From Schmidtea polychroa (taxonomy: Eukaryota), in assembly GCA_044892525.1 (NCBI GenBank), contig CM097887.1, positions 93,846,397 through 93,910,396 of the forward strand: a stretch of 64,000 nt of DNA, in the 5' to 3' direction. The translations under genes were made by a program, and so were the position numbers. Below the pieces are notes generated by a model that saw only the letters and a list, made by a program, of their open reading frames with translations, had not been told where the DNA came from and made no database searches. Positions within the stretch are counted from its first letter, which is position 1. The number at the start of each line of letters is the position of its first letter. Below, piece after piece: positions 55,901 to 64,000 of the stretch.

Positions 55901-57081
55901 TTATAGACAGAAGTGGCATGAATGTCTTATAAGACGACTCTGGACAATACAGAGTTAATATGAGAACTCCCTCAGTCGCTGTGAAGCACATATCCTATTT
56001 TCGAAAATTTCATAAGGTTTCCTTTCGGTCTATATTTCGGTACTCCGACAGATTTTAAGTCCTTCAGCAATTGGACCCGTGAAGAAGCCTTCACATTTCG
56101 GCCCAATCTAGCTGCGTGATTGAAATACTCCATGTCCACCGGCTGAGCTCCCGAAGGCACCTCGCACCATGACATGGAGTATCTCAACGCCACGTTTCTC
56201 GTTAATATTAGAAATCATAAAACTATCACTTCAAAATAAATATCCATAAAAGTTATGTAAGAGTTCACCTGTTACCAATAAATACTTTTAAACATTTAAA
56301 TTATTTACTTTATCAAAATCGTTATTCAGGATCAAATGAAAAGAGAGTCTGGTTAAATTTAAAAGTTTAATTGCTCATTAAATATACATATTTACTATTA
56401 ACTTCGAAAAACAATATCATAAATAAAAATCCCTTACTATGGAATTAGGCTGAATCGGAAAATTAACGTTAGTCGTTCCAAATTAGTCTGATGATGGTTC
56501 GTCGAATGTCGATTGCTGTGACTGATTTCGAATTGCTGTGAAGTTTTTCGAATTAACTGTTGCTCTACTTGTATTGCTGATCCTTGAAATAAGTCTCCGT
56601 GAGTTGTAGATGTCTATGAAATGCTCGGGGTTAACAGTAAAAACAGTAAACATTTTTTCTTACCTATGAAATGCTCGGGGTTAACAGTAAATTTAATGTT
56701 TTTGGTAGTTGTATATATATCAAATTCTTATTTGTGCGGACCAATCAGAGTTGAGTACCGCTTATTTCTATTAATTTAATATAATTTTCTTGTTTTTAGG
56801 TTGTTTTCTCCTTATTTTCTTTATTTTTAATATGTTTTTCTATTTATTTCCTTAATTTCCTTATTATTTCTTGAATTCCTCTTTATTTATTTGTCAACTT
56901 GTTCTATTTTAATCTTTTCTTAATTTTATTTTTTGTTTTAATTCTTATGTCTTACTTATTATTTTCCTTATATCTTATTCTATTTTATTTCTGATTTTAT
57001 TTGTTTTATTATTATTTTTCTTAATGTTCTACTTCCCTACTTTCCTATTTTTCAACGATTAAATTTTCGACTCAGCCCAAC

Positions 57082-57082
<1 letters not shown>
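52920..57082 (-). repeat. 5' LTR (4163 bp)
   Basis: Same termini and length as the 3' LTR; adjacent to the PBS. Confidence 0.96.
53454..54206 (-). CDS. LTR-encoded 250-aa protein (5' LTR copy)
   Basis: Translation identical to 27143-27895. Confidence 0.75.
   Translation of the reverse strand: MLPNNKSALRPCFSCSDKNAVIKDLQAQIGRYKRKIDELEGTWFSPARMKEIQKKLDRSEHCRDALISESRAQRSLIREQSEALHKVYVQAATTRKIVQIPIREADDIFPPHHNLSSNPSPPFKRPCQDCVENELSPKRPDVVVTGTSKPPTASPSVSVTPLQVASSSKPKRKQLSRAERKKRQRERATTKPNIPSIEDSTNGGNSHVSIDLTTGPSARIISAAGVTWEENASEFFNLDELFADAEWEKQ

Positions 57083-57135
<53 letters not shown>
57083..57135. repeat. (AAT)n microsatellite, right half of the target site
   Basis: Pure AAT run abutting the LTR CA. 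Confidence 0.95.
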
Positions 57136-57770
57136 TGATGAGTCATAGTATGAGTCATATGACCTTGAAATTTTTTGATGAGTCATAGTATGAGTCATAT
57201 GACCTTGAGAATGACCTTGAATGAGTCACATGACCTTGAGAATGACCTTGAATGAGTCATATGACCTTGAGAATGACCTTGAATGAGCCATATGACCTTG
57301 AAAATGACCTTGAATGAGTCACATGACCTTGAAAATGACCTTGAATGAGCCATATGACCTTGAATGAGTCATATGACCTTGAAAATGACCTTGAATGAGT
57401 CATATGATCTTGAAAATGACCTTGAATGAGTCATGGTCTTTGTTTAAATGACCTTGAAAATTTTTATGACTCATCGGATGAGTCATATGACCTTGAAAAT
57501 GACCTTGCTGAGTCATAGTATGAGGCATACGACCTTGAGAATGACCTTGATGAGTCATGGGCTTTGTTTAAATGAGCTTGAAAATTTTTTGGACCTTGAT
57601 GAGTCATATTATGAGTCATATGACCTTGAGCATGACCTTGATGAGTCATAGGATGAGTCATGGTCTTTGTTTAAATGACCTTGAGAAATTTGATGAGTCA
57701 TAGGATGAGTCATGGTCTTTGTTTCAATGACCTTGATGAGTCATGTCTTTGTTTAAATTTGACCTTGAAA
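57136..57770. repeat. Subterminal tandem array built from TGAGTCA and TGACCTTG motifs
   Basis: Repeating tgagtcatatgaccttgaaaatgaccttgaa-type units. Confidence 0.92.
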
Positions 57771-57864
57771 AAAATGTACTTTAGAATTTTTTAAAATTTT
57801 ACGACCGGGGGGGGGGGTACTGTGCTAGCGGTGCCCTGTGCCAGCGGTGCCCAATCCATCTACT
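57771..57864. repeat. Putative Polinton terminal inverted repeat end
   Basis: Reverse complement begins AGTAGATGG, followed by a duplicated GGCACCGCT(G/A)GCACAG, a C-run and an AT tract. Confidence 0.6.
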
Positions 57865-58299
57865 AGGGGGATATGAGAAAGTTGAAAGATTCTTAAAGAT
57901 TAATTAGAAATTTTGTTAAATTTAAAATATATTTTTATTGAAAAATGTTTTAAAAGAAAAACTGAAATTTGTTTAAATAACAAAAATAAGAAGAGACAAG
58001 TTTTTAACTGTATAATTTATTAAATAGAATTTATGGAATTATTTAGTGATTTGAAAACGGATATTAATATTCTAACGGATGAAAATGATGTAATTAAAAG
58101 AAAAAATTTCTAGTACCGCAGATCAGCAAAAACAGAAAACGTTTTGTTTTTTACTATAAGAGTACCAAAATAATGATACTGGAATTTGGTCAGTATTTGG
58201 TCAGTATTTGGTCAGATATTAGTATATTTTTATTTCTTTGGTCAAATAAATATTTGTAAGGATTATTAATATTAAATCAATTATTAAATAAATTAAAAA

Positions 58300-59500
58300 A
58301 TCAATAATAAAAACTATGTAGGTAATTTCATGCAGTAATAAAATCATATATATTTGTTTCAGCCATGTTTCAGAAAATACCCAAAGTCGTCAAAATTAAA
58401 GTTATTTGAATATTCGATTGAACAGTTGGCAGATTTTTTGAAAAATAAATTTAAAATGTCGACTTAGAATTTTTACAATATTACATTCCAAATATTGTAT
58501 GTGAAGCTTTTGGAGCTCTTCAAAATGTTTCATTTAAAAAATGTAAATTGTAAATACAATGTTGCCATCTGTTCGGGCTTTACCCGCATAGTTCGGGTTT
58601 TGAAACGTTAGTCCGGGTGTCCATGTGAAACCCAAAAATGTCCGGGTTGTATCTGAATTTGATTGCCTCTTCGATTTGTCGTCAACTGAATAATTTATTT
58701 GTAACAAGATATTTTAAATCGGGTTAACTATAATAATTTATTTCGCGGTTAATTTAAAATCATTTCAAATTAACCTCGAAATTATTGTAGGTATTACCAC
58801 ATCTCTTCTTGATTTTGTTCTGCACAACGCGTTTTGTTTTTGCTTCGGTTAGCACAAAGTTTATAATTGTTTCGTTGTGGTTGGATAAAAGGAACCGTTT
58901 AACGCCTTATTATGTCAAAGCCGAATTATTAATCTGTAACAATTAAAAAATAAATTGCACACAAATTTTGGGCTACGGCATCAGGAAATAAAAGCTTTGA
59001 GAAGCAGCACGACTTTAGACCTTTCTTTAAGGTTGCCAAAATAAAATAGTATCCAAACAATACTTTTATTTTGAGTGTAAAATATAAAAAAATTTAATAT
59101 AAAAAATGGATTTGATAAAATTTTGAGAGATAAGATATCAAAAATACTATTATCTATAGTTCTAGTTTAATTTCCATATTTGATTCTCATAAAATTCCAA
59201 ATGAAAGATACACTCGTTTGCTTCGTAAATGTTCTTTGAAACGAACGTTTAAATTTATTTTAGTCCAAAAATCGATAAGTTTCTATCTAGTTTTAAAGCC
59301 ATTCTTAGTTTGAAAGCGTTTTAACTTTTTATAATCGAAAACATGGAATTTCGAGTGCTTAAATTTCTTCTTCCTAATCTCTTGAATTATTTAGTTATTT
59401 TAGCTTAACCTTTATCTGAGTCACTCTCTGGCTGAATTGACAGCTGTTTGCACATTATTTTTCAAAAGAAATTTAATTTGAAGATTGCCGATAGGCTATG
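58300..59500 (-). mobile_element. Highly degenerate hAT-like transposase remnants
   Basis: Fragments SKLLFPDAVAQNL and LCRTKS in different frames with many stops. Confidence 0.35.
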
Positions 59501-61170
59501 CTATACTATATATCACCGATCTGCCTAAATTTGAGTCGGATAGCACGAAATTGAAAAATCAAATAAGCTTGTACTGCAGTTTACACATATCTCTGCAACA
59601 CTACCTGTACTTGCTAAATTACTCAAACTAACAACAGAATTTTACTCATTTTGACGAAAAAAAATTTATTATTATTAATTATATAACAATACCATGATAT
59701 TCCGATAGGAAATTTGTATATGTGTAAGTGAGAAAGTCTTACAGTAAAAACAAATTTTAAAAACTTGTAAACCTTTAATAAAATCATTTATGATGACTAT
59801 ACTATAAAATATAAATTTCTAAATCTTTAATTATTTCATTTGACTTCAATTGAGAAAGCTCAAGTTTGACAAAAAACATTTTTATTAATCAGTGAGTCCA
59901 TTCTGTCCTTATAGTAATGTGATATTCAGAGTCAACATCCACGCAACAATATCATTTTGCAAATGGACAAATAAATTAAATGCACAATTTATAAAACAAA
60001 ATTTTAAATTATAAAAATTTAAGAATCAAACCATATTAAATCATTATTAATAGGATAACTCCATCACAACAAAGAGATTGTTCAGAAAATATTTTAAATA
60101 ATGAAATTTATAACAAAACAATTTCATATTTTCGATAAAAATCTTTTATTTTCTAATTACATCATGTTCTGTACAGACGCACAATAAGACTAACAATTAC
60201 ATCCGTTCAAAATGTAAAAAATGTTATTTCGCAACTTTAAGCAGTAGGATTTAAAAAACTACAATCAGTGTTGTATTTCTAAACATAACAATACTTAATA
60301 GTTCATCATATACAATAATAAAAATTTATTTAAACAAATTTGAATTATACAATACACAAACTTTACAAGTTCAAATATTCTAGAATCACCAACAATTTNN
60401 NNNNNNNNNNNNNNNNNNNNNNNNNNNNNNNNNNNNNNNNNNNNNNNNNNNNNNNNNNNNNNNNNNNNNNNNNNNNNNNNNNNNNNNNNNNNNNNNNNNN
60501 NNNNNNNNNNNNNNNNNNNNNNNNNNNNNNNTCCGCTATGAAAAACTGAAAGAAAATTGGTGCTAGTCATTATTAAATTCATGCGCATAAATACTTCATT
60601 ATTATTAGTAGTAATTATTAATATATTATATACTATGTACAAACTAGAAATTTTAGGCAGTTGATTAATTGATAATAAAATAAAAAATGAATTACAAGTT
60701 TCGTTCAGTGTTATAAAATACAATAAGCTGTGAATTACCAAAAAAGTGGATGTTCAACTGAAATAATAATAACAATAAAGTGATTAAATAATTTATAATA
60801 AACAATGCGCACGCATACACACATCTCTTCTACCAGAAAAATGCTTCATATTTTTGAAAATGTAAATGCTAGAAAATGTTATATAGTCGATATATCTCAA
60901 ACATATAAGTACATAATTATGTACAACTACTCAGTAGTCACAGCTCTAGAAAAATTCAAGGGATGATTGATAATAATAATGAATGATGATTATGATGTCG
61001 TAATCATGATAAATCTTAATAAAAAATCATTCGACAACACTTCATTAAATAATAAAAAGAAAGGATATTTTTATATAAATAATCCGTAATAATAAACGCA
61101 CATACATATGTGATTTATCTTCTGCTTTATTTTGTATTGATACAACGCGATATGAGTTGATTGATTTTCC

Positions 61171-62049
61171 CTATTGGAAACCTTTGTCTTGTCGATTCTG
61201 TGATGATTGCTGTGTCTGAGGTACGACTGTCATTATCACACGTCCACCACTGGAGAGATTATGTTGCTGACTTTGATTGATGATGATATTTTGATTGTTT
61301 TGGGTTAGCGTATTTTGTGCTGCTACATTTGGCAAAACGACTTGGCTTTGAGGCACGATGAAAGTCTGTGGAATCATTTGTGCGACCATCGATTTTTTCA
61401 CTGTGACAGCGGAGTTGGAATTGATAGAAATTAGGTTCGGTTGAGAGACCTGTCGAGAGATGTAATTCAATTGATTGGGTTGTTGAGATTTTGAGTTGAT
61501 TCTTAATATTGACTGGCTCAGTTGAAAATTATTGGAGAAATTGCTGTTCGACTGATTCATGTTGGATGTGTAAAGGTTATTGTTGATTCTCATTGCATAC
61601 TGCTGGGTGTTGGTGTTGGGAATCTGTCTGATTTGCGGATTGACAGCAATTGTCATTTGTCGAGGCTGTTGTTGAACAATTAATGAATTGCTGTTGTTGT
61701 TATTATTGATATTATTATTGTTGTTGTTATTTGTCGATGATCGCTGATTGGCTGATGGGTTATTTATTATTTGATTGGATGAAATTCCGCCAACCCTTAA
61801 CTGTGGATTACTGATGACTGATTGATTAATAGTCGACGGGATACGATTGAGATTTTGAGAACTTTGTAATTGTTGCTGCTGTTGCTGCTGTTGATGTTGT
61901 TGTTGTTGCTGCTGCTGTTGCTGTTGTTGTTGCTGTTGTTGCTGTTGTTGCTGCAATTGCTGAGCTTTTTGTTGCTGTGCGGTTTGAGCTCTTTTAGAGC
62001 GAATATAGTTAAACGTTGCTTTATATGAAGGATTATTTTTCAACCACTC
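61171..62049 (-). CDS. Q/N-rich host exon, N-terminus resembling the CBP/p300 NCBD helix
   Basis: Acceptor cttttccttagtttacag; EWLKNNPSYKATFNYIRSKR vs CBP NILKSNPQLMAAFIKQR, followed by polyQ. Confidence 0.55.
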   Translation of the reverse strand, partial: EWLKNNPSYKATFNYIRSKRAQTAQQQKAQQLQQQQQQQQQQQQQQQQQQQHQQQQQQQQLQSSQNLNRIPSTINQSVISNPQLRVGGISSNQIINNPSANQRSSTNNNNNNNINNNNNSNSLIVQQQPRQMTIAVNPQIRQIPNTNTQQYAMRINNNLYTSNMNQSNSNFSNNFQLSQSILRINSKSQQPNQLNYISRQVSQPNLISINSNSAVTVKKSMVAQMIPQTFIVPQSQVVLPNVAAQNTLTQNNQNIIINQSQQHNLSSGGRVIMTVVPQTQQSSQNRQDKGFQ

Positions 62050-62772
62050 TGTAAACTAAGGAAAAGTATGCGTATTATCACAATTTCATAAAATATCAAA
62101 AAATTATAAATTATAAATAAATTCAATCTAAATATAGTAAAAAATTTTTAGTTAATAAGATAATCAGGAAATAATGAAGCACTAGGGAAATATTGAAAGT
62201 CTCGATGTGTCGTGTTTGTAGAACTTTCTTGTATTACAGTTTTTTAAATTAGCATTGGTATGGCGACAAACACGAGTTTTGCAAAAATGGTTAACATTAT
62301 TTGAATTCCAATATTTTATACTTCATAGCTAGAAATTGGGGTTTGAGAAAAAAAATTGATATACTGTTTTGAAATTTATGCAATTGTGAAAAATAATAGA
62401 TTTTTACTAAATTAAGTTTTCACCCTTAAAATGTCAGATATTTTTTTGAGAAACCCTGTATAATACACTAATTACATGTCTCAAGTGTCAGGCGTCATTC
62501 AGTGTTATTTATTATTCCGTCATGCATTTTTACGTTACCCATTATAACTTGAATTATCTTTCTTGTGCATGAAGGCATAAACGACTCGTATCATATGTGA
62601 TATAAGCAGCCGCCTAAGGCGCCAAATTTTAGAAATAAAATACAGATTTTTTAAAGCTAAAAGATAATGATAATACAAGATTATTTTTTAAAAACTGTAT
62701 AGCTAAACTGAACTAAAGTTTATGTTTCATGCTAATTCAAAATCTATACAACAATTGTAAATCTTATAATAC

Positions 62773-63100
62773 ATGGATATATACTGGTTATATACTTGAT
62801 ATATACTTGATATATACTTGATATATACTTGATATATACTGGATATATACTGGATATATACGGGATATATACGGGATATATACGGGATATATACGGGATA
62901 TATACTGGTTATATACGGGATATATACGGGATATATACTGGTTATATACTGATTATATACTGGATATATACGGGATATATACGGGATATATACTGGTTAT
63001 ATACTGGTTATATACTGGATATATACTGGATATATACTGGTTATGTACTGGATATATACTGGATATATACTGGATATATACTGGATATATACTGGATATA
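62773..63100. repeat. 11-bp minisatellite (GGATATATACT variants)
   Basis: Tandem gatatatactg/gatatatacgg units. Confidence 0.95.
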
Positions 63101-63119
63101 TTTGGAAATCTAGAATAAC

Positions 63120-63620
63120 TGACGGAAATTTTGAAATGTTTCCGCTTGTTCCAACAAAAATTTATCAAAGAAATGGTATATCTGATATATGATCACCTCA
63201 ACACTCTTGGAGAAAGAATTGACCATTACTTTTCTTCACTGTCATCTGAACACTATGATTGGGTAAGAGACCCATTTTCTCTAACTGCAAGAAAAACAAA
63301 CATATTAACCTTGAAAGAGGAAGAAGAACTTGCTGGGTTGAGCTCTGATCGAAGTTTAAAACTTAAGCATGTCGAAAGGTTTTTAGACGCATTCTGGGTA
63401 ATGACAGAAAAGGAACATCCAAATATTGCTAAAAGGCTTTGCAAATTTATTTGCAGTTCTCAACATTCAACCTGTGTGAACTCGGATTTTCAACTCTAAC
63501 AAATATAAAATACAAAAAGAGAGAAAAGTTAAAATGTGTTGAAGAAGAAATGAGAGTTTGTTTATCTGAAATTCGTCCAAGAATTGAGGAAATATGCAGA
63601 AACCATCTCAAATTGACAAA
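63120..63620 (+). mobile_element. hAT Buster/Charlie (ZBED5/SCAND3-like) transposase C-terminal relic with frameshift
   Basis: WVRDPF...EEEELAGLSSDRSLK...FW...HPNIAK, then STFNLCELGFSTL...K...R...EEEMRVCLS in another frame. Confidence 0.85.
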
Positions 63621-64000
63621 TTCGAAATTTATAAATGTTTTTTTATTGATTACTTTATTTTAAAAATTACTAAAAGTAAAAATTTAAATTGTGCCTAATC
63701 AAATGTAACACCCTAATTGGGCCAACATAAGCATTCTTGAATACTTACTTTCAGCATTCAATTATTTAAATTGTATCCTGTATTGTGATAATGAGATGTT
63801 TTTTTACAGAAATAGACTGATAAAAACACTTTAAAATGACATTTCAAAACTGCTCAAAATTCAGTATTACAGAGTGCATTAATACAGTTTTACTACAATG
63901 GGGTGACGCCTAACTTTTGTATACTTAAATTGTCCCTTGAGAATCACTGCTGTAAGGATTAATCTGATCAAAAGTCACCCACGAGACTTGAAAGTTTTGC

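Larger units (their letters stand above)
26609..57082 (-). mobile_element. Giant (30,474 bp) full-length Ty3/Gypsy LTR retroelement with envelope-like and accessory genes (Burro-like)
   Basis: Two equal-length LTRs, PBS, intact Gag-PR-RT-RH-IN with Gypsy-type motifs (RFCIDYRKLN, MPFGLTNAPASFQR, YIDD, GPY), compatible 4-bp TSD ATAA within the AAT array. Confidence 0.96.
16865..57864. mobile_element. Polinton/adintovirus-like element, 5'-truncated, split by a solo LTR and the giant LTR element
   Basis: Capsid and adenain at the left; RING gene spanning the solo LTR; right terminus ...CCATCTACT (reverse complement AGTAGATGG) with a G-run and subterminal tandem repeats. Left TIR, integrase, PolB and ATPase not seen, so the extent is inferred. 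Confidence 0.6.

Noticed and set aside
57448-57661. Short ORFs in the subterminal array
   Set aside because: Repeat translations
62829-63168. IYTGY-repeat ORFs
   Set aside because: Translation of an 11-bp minisatellite

Overview
Eukaryotic, very AT-rich DNA with ~50-nt introns. It is most consistent with a planarian flatworm, which is an inference from composition, intron size and element types. The window is dominated by one apparently intact, young 30.5-kb Ty3/Gypsy LTR element on the minus strand (26609-57082), in the size class of the giant planarian 'Burro' elements. It has two 4163-bp TG...CA LTRs, a tRNA-Pro PBS and an (AAT)n target. Its 4133-aa polyprotein reads Gag(3xCCHC), 3 ubiquitin-like domains, a Bcl-2-like domain, an internal signal peptide, a chuvirus-type class III fusion glycoprotein with TM, protease, RT, RNase H, integrase and ankyrin repeats. 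It probably continues through a frameshift into an FN3-like membrane protein. The element also carries a full TRAF, an IAP-type RING, several coiled-coil and membrane ORFs, and an ORF inside the LTR. Almost every stand-alone ORF has a splice acceptor 1-9 nt before its ATG, and there is one donor just after the LTR promoter. A 4055-bp solo LTR of a sister family (4-bp TSD) allows comparison and reveals covarying RNA structures and a PBS-like site inside the LTR. Both retroelements are nested in a Polinton/adintovirus-like element (capsid, adenain, spliced genes, AGTAG terminus), which lies downstream of KIX/bromodomain exons of a CBP/p300 gene. The flanks hold host exons and relics of Polinton, Penelope-like and hAT elements. 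All domain calls are by eye from motifs; no database search was run.
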